A stretch of DNA of 32,000 nucleotides. It comes from an uncultured bacterium. GTDB lineage: Bacteria > Auribacterota > JACPWU01. Shown here piece after piece: positions 9,501 to 19,400 of the stretch. The notes beneath the pieces are model-generated. The model was not told the origin of the DNA, ran no database searches, and saw nothing but the letters and a program-made list of their open reading frames with translations. The number at the start of each line of letters is the position of its first letter. Position 1 is the stretch's first letter. Made by a program: the position numbers and the translations under genes. The stretch is from contig CAZXEQ010000002.1 of assembly GCA_964640155.1 (NCBI GenBank), forward strand, positions 270,001-302,000, written 5' to 3'.

Positions 9501-9526
9501 GTCAATGTTCCACGTGGAACATTGAC
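9501..9526. promoter_or_regulatory. parS: parS centromere-like site inside a 26-bp perfect palindrome
   Basis: GTCAATGTTCCAC/GTGGAACATTGAC is a perfect palindrome. Its core TGTTCCACGTGGAACA (9506-9521) differs at one position from the Bacillus-type parS TGTTCCACGTGAAACA. It lies about 150 bp upstream of parA-parB. Confidence 0.8.
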
Positions 9527-9671
9527 GCCAGATAATAGTGCCTATCCTTGAGTGAGTATAGAAAAAATATTAAAACTTTTTGCTTTTTGATTGACACTTC
9601 TGTCCATCATGAATTATTCTAAATTAGATAAACACTATTTTATGTCCACTCTCCATTGAATAACTAGGCTT

Positions 9672-10460
9672 ATGGGAAAAATCATTTCTGTCACGAATCA
9701 AAAGGGTGGTGTCGGAAAAACAACCACTGCTCTTAATCTTGCGGCCTGTTTATCTCGTCTTAAACTCAAAACGCTTTTAATTGACATGGATCCCCAAGCC
9801 AATGCCACCAGCGGATTAGGTGTTAAAGATTTCAGAAAAAGCATTTATGATTTTTTAGTTCACAAAAGCCCTCTCTCAGAAGTTGTTATAAAAACTGATT
9901 TTGATGGACTCGAGATTATTCCGTCTATTCAAGATCTTACAGGAGCAGAAATTGAACTATTGGAAATTGACAATCGCAATCAAATTCTCTCTCAATTAAC
10001 AGCTCCTCTTAAAGAAAAATACTCTTGCATTATCATTGATTGTCCTCCTTCTCTTAACATATTGACTATCAATGCTTTATCATCATCTGATGCAGTTCTT
10101 ATGCCGATTCAATGCGAATATTACGCCCTTGAAGGCTTAAGCCAACTTTTAAAAACTATCGATTTAGTTAAAGGCAATATTAACCCTAGTCTAGAAATTG
10201 CAGGTATTCTTTTAACCATGGCCGATGTTAGAACTAATCTAACCCGTCAAGTAATTGAAGAGGTAAAAAAATTCTTTCCAGACAAAGTTTTTAAAACCAT
10301 CATCCCCAGAAGCATTCGACTCAGCGAAGCTCCTAGTTTTGGAAAACCTATTTTGCATTATGATGAATATTGCGTCGGCGCAGAAAGCTATCTTCAATTT
10401 TCAAAAGAGTTTAGCGAGAGAATGCTTGGAGTCCCTCAAACATCAGGAAATTTAAAATAA
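9672..10460 (+). CDS. parA: Chromosome partitioning ATPase ParA/Soj
   Basis: The 262-aa ORF has the deviant Walker A motif NQKGGVGKTTTALNLA plus conserved IIDCPPSL and EAPSFGKPI blocks. Confidence 0.92.
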   Translation: MGKIISVTNQKGGVGKTTTALNLAACLSRLKLKTLLIDMDPQANATSGLGVKDFRKSIYDFLVHKSPLSEVVIKTDFDGLEIIPSIQDLTGAEIELLEIDNRNQILSQLTAPLKEKYSCIIIDCPPSLNILTINALSSSDAVLMPIQCEYYALEGLSQLLKTIDLVKGNINPSLEIAGILLTMADVRTNLTRQVIEEVKKFFPDKVFKTIIPRSIRLSEAPSFGKPILHYDEYCVGAESYLQFSKEFSERMLGVPQTSGNLK

Positions 10461-10503
10461 CATAACTCGTTTGCTATAAATAAGATATGACAAGGAGAAT
10501 ACC

Positions 10504-11361
10504 ATGGCTAAGCAAGCTTTAGGAAAAGGGCTCGGAGCCTTAATTCAAAATCCTCCCAAAACAGAAACTAAAAGTGAACGAATAGAACTAGTTAAAGTTA
10601 GTTTGATTGATTTAAACCCTCAACAACCTCGTAAAGATTTTGAACCTAATGCCCTAGATGAATTAAAAGCATCTATCAAAGCCAACGGAATTCTCCAACC
10701 GCTCTTGGTTCGTAAAAGAGATGCTCGTTATGAATTGGTTGCTGGAGAAAGACGTTTAAGGGCATGCAAAGAATTAGGCCTTAGTGAAATTCCTGTTTTT
10801 ATCAAAGAAATCACGGATCAAGCTTCTCTTGAAATGGCCTTGGTCGAAAACTTACAACGCAAAGACTTAAATCCAATCGAAGAAGCTCGTGGTTATATGA
10901 GACTCATGAGAGATTATGAATTGACCCAAGATAAGATTTCAGAAAAAGTGGGAAAAAGCAGGGCGACTGTTGCCAATTGTCTTCGATTATTAGGCCTTGC
11001 TGAAGAGCTTCAAGAAATGATTGAGAAAGGCTTGCTGACTTCAGGTCACGCAAAAGGAATTCTGGGCTTAGAAAGCCCGTCTGAACAAATTAAATTAGCC
11101 AAAGAAATTATTTCAAAAGGACTTTCTGTTCGCGAAGTAGAAGAGAAGGTTCAAGAAAGAAAACTTCCGCCTCTCACGCGTATTCGAATTTTAAGACGAG
11201 ATCCTATGATTCGAGAAGTTGAAGAAAGGCTTGGAAAATCTTTAAGTACTAAAGTTGCGATTAAGCAGGGCGCCAAAAAAGGAAAGATCGAACTAGAATA
11301 TTATTCATTGGACGATTTAGAAAGATTAATTCAAATATTAGCTCCTGAAGGAAAAAGATAA
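10504..11361 (+). CDS. parB: Chromosome partitioning protein ParB/Spo0J
   Basis: The 285-aa ORF has ParB box motifs (NPQQPRK, GILQPLLVR, LVAGERRLRA) and an HTH region (QDKISEKVGKSRATVANCLRLL). A strong AGGAG RBS is present. Confidence 0.92.
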   Translation: MAKQALGKGLGALIQNPPKTETKSERIELVKVSLIDLNPQQPRKDFEPNALDELKASIKANGILQPLLVRKRDARYELVAGERRLRACKELGLSEIPVFIKEITDQASLEMALVENLQRKDLNPIEEARGYMRLMRDYELTQDKISEKVGKSRATVANCLRLLGLAEELQEMIEKGLLTSGHAKGILGLESPSEQIKLAKEIISKGLSVREVEEKVQERKLPPLTRIRILRRDPMIREVEERLGKSLSTKVAIKQGAKKGKIELEYYSLDDLERLIQILAPEGKR

Positions 11362-11381
11362 CCACCCACCTCCATAAAAAT

Positions 11382-12512
11382 ATGAATTTATATAGACTAA
11401 AATCTTTTTTTACCTCTGAATCAAGTGATTACGCACATAAGAAAAGATCGATTTTCTTCGTAGATATATTCTTTAGCTTCATTTTTTTACTTATATTTCA
11501 ATTTAGTGGGTTATCTTGTACTATTTATAATAAAATTTGCACATATCATCCCAATTTTTATATAATAAATAGCGTGTATGTGGTTGTTTTTTTATTATTA
11601 TTTCATATTATCTTCTTGCCTCTGAGTTATTATAGTCAATTTCATCTCGAACATCGTTTTAATCTTTCCAGCCAGACATTTCAAAGTTGGTTATGGGATG
11701 AAATCAAAAGTCTTTTACTCAATCTTCTTTTTTCCGTAATTATTGTGGATGTTGTTTATGTTTTTCTTAAACATTTTCCTAATACATGGTGGCTTTGGGC
11801 TACTCTTTTTTATTTTTCATTTTCAATCTTTCTTGGGAAAATTACCCCCACTTATATTCTGCCTCTTTTTTACAAAATCAAACCTGTTGAACAGTTCGAA
11901 TTGCTTGAGTCTCTAAAATCACTGGCACAAAAAGCACATGTTCAATTATTAGGAATTTATCAAATGGATATGAGCCGCAAAACTAAAAAAGCCAATGCCA
12001 TGTTTACAGGATTGGGGAGTTCTAAACGCATCATTCTAGGAGATACTTTACTCAATCAATTTTCAACAGATGAAATAAAAGTTATCCTTGCACATGAATT
12101 AGGGCATTATCGCTATCGTCATCTTTGGCAACTCATGATCGGGGGATTGGCAATGAGTTTGGTCGGATTTTTTCTTATTCATAAAACACTTTTAGCTATT
12201 TTAAGTTTTTCTAGTATTTCAGAATTGCATCATATTGCAGGCCTACCTAGTTTTCTTTTAATTCTTTTTGTGTTTTTATTATTTTTGACGCCGTTACAGA
12301 ATGGTTATTCTAGGAAGCTTGAAAAACAGGCAGATGTGTTTGCACTCGAAGAGACTCAAAACCCGCAAAGCTTTATTTCTGCTATGAAAAAACTGGCTGA
12401 GCAAAATCTTTCAGAGATGAATCCACCCCGATGGGTTGAATTTTTTCTTTATGATCATCCAAGTATTTCAAAAAGAATTCGATTGGCTGAACAATATCTG
12501 AATAAAACATGA
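11382..12512 (+). CDS. M48-family (Ste24/HtpX-like) integral membrane zinc metallopeptidase
   Basis: The 376-aa ORF has multiple N-terminal TM helices and an HEXXH motif (AHELGHYRY) between TM segments. The C-terminal HPS..KRI motif is typical of M48 peptidases. Confidence 0.8.
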   Translation: MNLYRLKSFFTSESSDYAHKKRSIFFVDIFFSFIFLLIFQFSGLSCTIYNKICTYHPNFYIINSVYVVVFLLLFHIIFLPLSYYSQFHLEHRFNLSSQTFQSWLWDEIKSLLLNLLFSVIIVDVVYVFLKHFPNTWWLWATLFYFSFSIFLGKITPTYILPLFYKIKPVEQFELLESLKSLAQKAHVQLLGIYQMDMSRKTKKANAMFTGLGSSKRIILGDTLLNQFSTDEIKVILAHELGHYRYRHLWQLMIGGLAMSLVGFFLIHKTLLAILSFSSISELHHIAGLPSFLLILFVFLLFLTPLQNGYSRKLEKQADVFALEETQNPQSFISAMKKLAEQNLSEMNPPRWVEFFLYDHPSISKRIRLAEQYLNKT

Positions 12513-12550
12513 GAAACCCACAGACATATCTCACTAGTGAATCTTCCAAC

Positions 12551-12632
12551 AAAGTGTGAAGACCATTGGAAATCGAGTGAGCACGGACCCCGATTGATTG
12601 GGGGAAGTTGGGGTTCAAGTCTCCATACACTT
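12551..12632 (+). repeat. Diverged partial copy of the 31445-31580 palindromic element, fused to a tRNA-like T-arm and acceptor stem
   Basis: Positions 12551-12607 align by hand to the reverse complement of 31512-31571. Shared blocks are CCATTGGAA(A/C)TCGAGT and ATTGGGGGAA with similar spacing. Positions 12609-12632 contain TGGGG-TTCAAGT-CTCCA (a T-arm) and TACACTT, which pairs with AAGTGTG at 12552-12558. Confidence 0.4.
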
Positions 12633-12729
12633 ATTCATCTATAACAACCGTTTGTGAACAAGGTAAAATGAGTCACAAAACTTCTTGTCTCTTGTTTCAT
12701 GCATCTTATTTCTAACTTTGCGAGGATTT

Positions 12730-13572
12730 ATGCCTAGCTGTCTTTATATCATTGCAACACCTATTGGAAATCTTGAAGATATTTCTCTGCGCGCTCTAAG
12801 AATTTTAAAAGAAGTGTCTCTTGTCGCCTGCGAGGATACACGTCAAACACAGAAACTTCTGAATCATTATCAAATTCAAAAACCTCTCATCAGTTATCAC
12901 GATTTTAACGAACGTGGCCAAGCGCCTCAACTGATTCAAAAAATCCAAGAGGGGCAAGATGTAGCTCTGGTGAGTGATGCAGGCATGCCCGGTATTTGTG
13001 ATCCAGGATTTCAAATTATTACCCTAGCCATTGAAGCCCGAATTCCTCTGACTGTTATTCCAGGCCCTTCATCTATTTTAAATGCACTGATTTTATCAGG
13101 ACTACCCACGCATCGCTTCGCCTTTGAGGGATTTTTACCTGAAAAAAAATTAGCACGAAAAAAATTACTCGCAGAACTTGAACGAGAACAGAGAACTTTA
13201 ATTTTTTTTGAGTCGGGACTTCGACTCGATCAAACTCTGAAAGACATTTTGGAGATCATGGGAAATAGAAAAACTGCGATTGCACGTGAACTCACAAAAA
13301 AGTTTGAAACTGTTTATCGAGGAACTATCCAAGAACTCATCAATCAATCTATCACGCTTAAAGGAGAGTTTGTCATTGTTCTTTCGGGAAAAACAGATTG
13401 TGAAAACTTCGAAGATTTACCAATTCTTGATCACATTGAACAAGTAATAAAAAAAATGAATCTGTCTCGTAAAGAGGCGATCAAACTCGTAGCCGAATTA
13501 AGAGGAATCTCTAAAAGAGAGGTGTATCAGAAAAGCATCTTTAAAAAAACGAACATAAGAAGTGAATTTTGA
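12730..13572 (+). CDS. rsmI: 16S rRNA (cytidine1402-2'-O)-methyltransferase RsmI
   Basis: The N-terminus LYIIATPIGNLEDIS.RAL..L......ACEDTR and the block VSDAGMPGICDPG are diagnostic of RsmI tetrapyrrole-methylase-fold enzymes. I prefer the ATG at 12730 over the TTG at 12685 used by the ORF track. Confidence 0.88.
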   Translation: MPSCLYIIATPIGNLEDISLRALRILKEVSLVACEDTRQTQKLLNHYQIQKPLISYHDFNERGQAPQLIQKIQEGQDVALVSDAGMPGICDPGFQIITLAIEARIPLTVIPGPSSILNALILSGLPTHRFAFEGFLPEKKLARKKLLAELEREQRTLIFFESGLRLDQTLKDILEIMGNRKTAIARELTKKFETVYRGTIQELINQSITLKGEFVIVLSGKTDCENFEDLPILDHIEQVIKKMNLSRKEAIKLVAELRGISKREVYQKSIFKKTNIRSEF

Positions 13573-13614
13573 AAACTTTTTCTCCTTTTTTGAAAGATGA
13601 AAAAAAATTTTTTT

Positions 13615-16470
13615 CTATTCCATCACCGTAACATTATCTATAGAGACTGATCCCAAATTATAGTTACTCAAGAAACCTACAGAATTAGTTGTGAAAGAAT
13701 TGGTTTGTATAGGTTCATTCGTAAAGATGGCAGTGTCATCAATAAACAGATCTGTGAGAACATAGGGAGAGTTTGGACGAATAGCAATTCTCACATGATG
13801 AGGTGCACCTCGTGCTCCCACACCTGGATACCATTGATAAGTCCCTGTAAAGCCCTCATAGATCCCATCTCTCCAACCACATCGATTAGGATTTACGTCC
13901 AAGGCGATCCCTCGATAAACAAATCCACCCCAGCCATCACTAGAGTTAGAGAAAGTAACATCGTAACTGACCGTGACGTTTCTCTCTGAAATATAAAGAT
14001 CATAAGGTGAGAAGAAACTATAACCTCCTGTTCCAACAACTGTGAAGACCAATGCCCCCGACATTAAAGTCCAGTTAATATCATTGGTGTTTCCGGAGCC
14101 AATCCATGAATTTAAATTCGTGCTAAAATCATAACTGGCCGATACAAATCCTGCAGGTATGAGCTGAGTCATGTCTTTGAGAATAATACTATCGACGTTG
14201 TAAGATCCGCTAACATTATAATGAGATAAAAATCCAATCGTATTGTTAGGAAAGCTTGTAGCTTCTATAGGCTCATCAATGAAAATAGGCTTACCATCCA
14301 CATATAAATCACTTCTATAATAAGGACTTGCTGATCTTACAAAGAGAATCACATGATGAGTAACATTTTTTGTAAGACCTGAAAACCATCGATAGGAGCC
14401 AGGAAGACTTTCGTGGTTTCCATCTCTCCATCCAATTCGATTAGGATTCAGATCAAGGTTAATGCCTCTGAATCTTACTCCACCCCAGCCATCTGTATTA
14501 TTGAATAAGACATCATACTCTAGAGCAATACTGCTGTTACTTGAGATGTTAAGGTTTGTGTTATCTAAATAAGCATATCCACCTGTTCCCACAACTTGAG
14601 ATCGAAGGGCATTACCTACGATACTCCAAGTTACATTCGATGTGGCTCCTGTTGCGCCCCATCCTGATGGAAGACTGCTTGCATCAAAGTTTTCTTGATA
14701 GAGCAGACCCGGGTTAGTTCCTGGAGCTGGAGGAGTTACGACTGTAATACTTAAGGTTTCAGTAGCAGTAAGACTTCCATCACTGGCTTGTACAGTAATG
14801 CTGTAGGCTCCCACATCTGTGCTAGAGGGAACCCAGGTAAACACGCCTGTGGTTGGATTAATGCTTGCACCTGCAGGGAGCCCTGTGGCCGTGTAGGTGA
14901 TCGTGTCTCCATTGGGATCGGAGCCTTGAGCTTGAAAGGTTAAAGTTGATCCTGCAACGACTCTTTGAGCTCCTATGCCATCTAAAGTTGGGGCTAAGTT
15001 GATCCCTGCACTTCCTGAAGTTACATTCAAATTGTCATATAAATTTGCTCCCGTGAAGTAGTTTGAGATAAATCCGATTGTCTTATCAGGATATGTTGTA
15101 ATCTGTATGGGTTCATTGTTAAAAATTAAACTCCCATCAATAGACAGTCTCGATAAATCATAAGGGCTACTTCTTTGAATATTTAAAATAATATGATGAC
15201 TTGTTCCTGCACTAACTCCGCTATACCATTGATAATTTCCAGGATGCCCTTCGTAAGATCCATCTCTCCATCCGATTCTTGAGGTGTTAATATCTAGTCC
15301 CACGCCTCGATAAAATATTCCACCCCAATTCTGAGGGGTCATATCAAGAACGATCGTGATATCTTGCCCTGAGAGATCGAGTAAGGCATGCTTGAGGTAG
15401 CCATATCCTGTTGCTGAAACTGCACTGCTGATATTGCTTCTTAACGCTCCTGCAACAAAATCCCAAGCGATGTTAATGTTTCCACTTGCAATCCAGGCGC
15501 CATAGTCACTTGCATTAAAGTTATCACTGAAGGGAAGCAATAGCGGAGCTGGGTTAGGATAAATCATAAAGTTATCCCACGTGACTGTACCTGTACTGTA
15601 ATTGGATATAAAGCCTACTGTGTTACTGGAAAATGTATTCGTTTCTATAGGCTCATTGATGAATATCGGTTTACCATCAATGTAAAGATCTGTTCTGTAT
15701 GGATAGGGATTGGAACTGCTGAGTGCAACTTTTTTAACTAACATCAAAATATGATGTTTTACCCCTTTACTCACTCCTGCATACCATTGATAGGTTCCAG
15801 GAAGACTTTCATAGTTTCCATCTCTGACTCCACATCGATTCGTATTTACGTCCAAGTGTATTCCTCTAAACCAGATTCCTCCCCAACCATCATTTGTAGA
15901 GCTAAATGTAACATCGTAGCTTACTGCCAGAGTACTCATAGTACTAATGTTAAGCGAGTCTGGAATAATAAAGCTATAGCCTCCTGTCCCTATGCCCTTT
16001 GATACAAGTGCATTATTAGTAGCAGACCAGGTTATATTACTTGTAGCACCGCTCACACTCCATCCATTGTAATTTCCATCATTAAAATTATCGCTGAATA
16101 AATAAGAACTGACAGAACTCGAGCTTAAAGGATTGGTTCCCGCTATGACTTCATATAAATCATTCATACCATCATTATCAGTATCTGTATTATTGGAGTC
16201 TGTTCCATAATTCATTTCCATGATATTAGAAAGTCCATCGCTGTCGGCATCTTGTAATGCATCGTTTGTTAGGGGATCGTGATTATTTGTCAATTCATAT
16301 CCATCGGGCATTCCATCTGAATCTGTATCGGAAACAATAGGATTAGTATTATTTTGATATTCCTGCAAGTTTGAAAGTTCGTCACCATCAGCATCTCCAC
16401 CAACAGTTTGATTTAAATTCCAAAAATAATAGGCTTCCCAATAATCCCACAAACCGTCACTATCCGTATC
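13615..16470 (-). repeat. Shared C-terminal cassette, copy in the 2006-aa protein (about aa 1056-2006): TSP3 repeats, R1, R2, Ig-like, R3, R4
   Basis: This copy is collinear, domain by domain, with 19729-22325. Approximate sub-boundaries are R1 15550-16134, R2 15020-15549, Ig 14745-15005, R3 14185-14700 and R4 13618-14150. Confidence 0.8.
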
Positions 16471-19400
16471 TACCTTTGTTCTTGACCAGGTCGTGCCCAT
16501 GAGATTTCCATTTACATCTCGTGGTTCAATACTAAGTGTTTTTGTTGTTCCATTGAAAGTGCATTTTAAATATCCCCAAGCTGTGTTATTACGTTCCATT
16601 GAAAAGGTAGCTGCGGCTCCCGAAAATGTATATAAACTTGCGCCTCCATTGCCGGTCACATAATATTTAACTCCGGATGCATTATTTTGAGCTCCTTTGA
16701 GGATTGGATAAAATTGTTCATAATGGTGATTATGGCCTTGAAAAACAGCATCTACATGATAGCTTTCGAAGATAGGGACAAGTTCTGCTCTGACATCGGG
16801 ATCGTATCCATGCGATGAAGTCGTTGAAGAATAGGCAGGTTCATGCAGATAAACAATCTTGAAAGGTTGACTCGTCGCAGCCAAGTCTTGTTCAAGCCAA
16901 GTTTTTTGCGTATTCCATAAGGATGTGCCTATGTAACTTTTATTAGCATCGAGGGCAACAAAATGAATGTCCCCATAATCAAATGAATAAAAAAGTTCTT
17001 CCGCACTGGCACCCATTCCATTTGGATAAATGTAATAAGCATCTTTGGAGGGTTGGCCATTGTATGTATCGTGATCATGATTTCCAAAAGTTGGATAATA
17101 AAAAACTGAATGAAATACATCTTTATATACGTCAAAAACATAGCTTTGAATTTGTTGGGCTGTCCCACTGGAATACGCATTATCGCCCACGGTGAGCACA
17201 AAATTTACAAGGGCTGTTTTAATTTGGTTTTTAACAGCCGTTTCATTAGAGGTTCCTGATCCCCAGTCTCCAATCACTGCAAACGAGAAATTTTGCGCAG
17301 TGTCAGGAGCAACATGCGTTTTAAATTGATAAACAGTATCCGAGGGATTTACTTTTAGAATCTGATTATTTGTTTTAATTCGATAATAATATAAAGTTCC
17401 TGCAGTTAGCCCTGTGATATTGACTTGATGCGTTGTACCGCTGGAACCTGTGGCGATGAGGCCCAAATCTGTAGTAGGACCGTATTCAACAGTACTGTCC
17501 CCAAAAATATCTGTTTGCCAAATAATAGAGACTTCGGTTGTTTTCCCCATTTGAAGAAAAGGCCCCCGTGTGAGCGTTGTAAGAGAACCTGTGAGATAAG
17601 TTACAGGATAGCTATTGTACTTCATTACTTGTTTGGTGGAGTCATCCAGAATATAAATCGAAGCTGTTGTAGAAGGATAGGCCGCAACAACTGCAATTCC
17701 CTCCTGCTCCGTTCCAGGCAAAATGTATTCTTTGAGAACTGTACCGTCAGGATACATTTCCAATAGCCGATTGGCTGAATCGAAAATTGCATAGAGTTTT
17801 TCTGTCTGGGCATCAAAATAAAGTCCCGCAATATCCGTTATGCCCGGAACAATCGTAAGGGTATCCACATAGGATATTTGGCCATTTTGTGAGAGGTTCA
17901 CATCGAAAATGTAGATCTTCCCATCAGCCTGTAATCCTGTATAGAAGAGGCCCCCCGAACTGCTGTTAGGGTAAGGGTGATAACTGTTGGGAACAAATGT
18001 TAACGCTTCTAGTCCTGAATTATCAGGCCCCGTCATCCAAGGGGTTAGTGACCAAGAACGTCCGGTGAGCGTTCCTGTCGAAATATCAAACTCACGAATG
18101 GAATCTGGATGTTCCACACCGAGATAAATATAGTTAGAATTTGCGTTTGCAATTGTAATTCCCTCAAGATCCCCGCCCGGGCTCCAAGTAATTATTTGAG
18201 AGCCATCCGCATTCATTTGACTCACTTGCCCTTCATCACTGACAATAAAAAGTTTTTGAAGACGCGTATGCCAAACTGCATCGCTCGGCTCGTACCCTGA
18301 AGGAAGATTCGAACCAATATTTATACCGCTTCCTGCCGGCCAAGGCTGAACTCCTCCCGGCGCCTCGGCATAGATATTATTACTAAAGCCTGTCGGCCAG
18401 TTGTTCGCTGAAAAATCACCATCGCCAAAAACTTTTCCATATCCCTGTTGAATAGATGCCTTGGAAGAATAACTTGCATCAATGACTGCATCTGTTCTAT
18501 AAGGCTGATAAAAAGTATTGCCCGTGGCCGTAACATCACATCCCGGGGAGAAATAAAGCAATGTTCCGCCATTATTTGAAACTCGATTGAAGAAAAAATT
18601 ATTCTGTAAAATGATGCGACTGAAGGAAGAACTTCCATAGGGACCCAAGGTAGCGGTATACCCATAAACCTGTGAATCTCCGATATTATTATTTGCAATG
18701 GTGTAAGGACCCGCCCCTTCTAAAACGAGGTTTGTCAATCCATTATAAGTGATGAAGCTGTATTCCAAAACTGCATTAACACCCCAAAGTTTAACGCCAT
18801 CTCCACAGACATTTCTCACCTGAGCTCTTTGAACAAGAACATTGTTAGCTTTTAAATCTATCCCGTCTCCTTGACTTCCCATAATCTGAACACGCTGTAT
18901 CGTAATACGATTGCCTCTTTCAACAGCAATCCCATCTGCAGCCGTGTCATTGCCAGTCTCGGTCATGCTTAAAATAACGTCTCGAATCGTGACATCTTCA
19001 ACAGCACCGTCTCCTAAATCAATCCCTGCCTGACTGTAACCCGTTGCGGTCACATTTTGAATTAAAATATTACTGGCGATGAGAGAAGGGTTTGTGGGCA
19101 TCAAGACAATACCCGAAGGCCCATCAGAAGGACGTGGTTCATTCGCTTGAAATTTAATCACCTCTCCACCGCCAACGACAATCAAATTACTTAGCGTTAT
19201 ATTGTCATTATTAATCCAGCCCACAATCGCGTAGGTCTCGAAGTTTTGTATCGTCAGATTTTGGACAGTGATGTTGTCAAAAGAACCCATATCTGTTTCT
19301 CCGTCAAAGCTGATTCCATATCCTGTACTTCCTGCAAACGCCCCGTTTAAAATAACCTGCTCATTTTGATAGCCCGACAACGTAACGCCTGAACATTTAA

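Noticed and set aside
12382-12630. 82-aa - strand ORF overlapping the M48 peptidase 3' end and the tRNA-like element
   Set aside because: It is antisense to a well-supported CDS and runs through a structured non-coding repeat. It has no RBS and no family resemblance.
12552-12632. Possible bona fide tRNA gene, given the good T-arm TGGGG-TTCAAGT-CTCCA and a 7-bp acceptor stem
   Set aside because: It is 81 nt long but has only a 4-5 nt variable region, so the excess length falls where the D-arm should be, and no D-stem can be drawn. Position 8 is A rather than U. The only candidate anticodon loop has a pyrimidine at position 37 and a G-G mismatch or an 8-nt loop. The 5' part is homologous to a non-tRNA repeat at 31512-31571. 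It is kept as a tRNA-like remnant or chimera only.
13573-13614. A/T-only palindrome (AAAAAAAATTTTTTT and flanking T/A runs) between the convergent rsmI and giant-gene ends, as a bidirectional terminator
   Set aside because: No G-C-containing stem can be drawn. The AT-only pairing is too weak to call a terminator from sequence alone.
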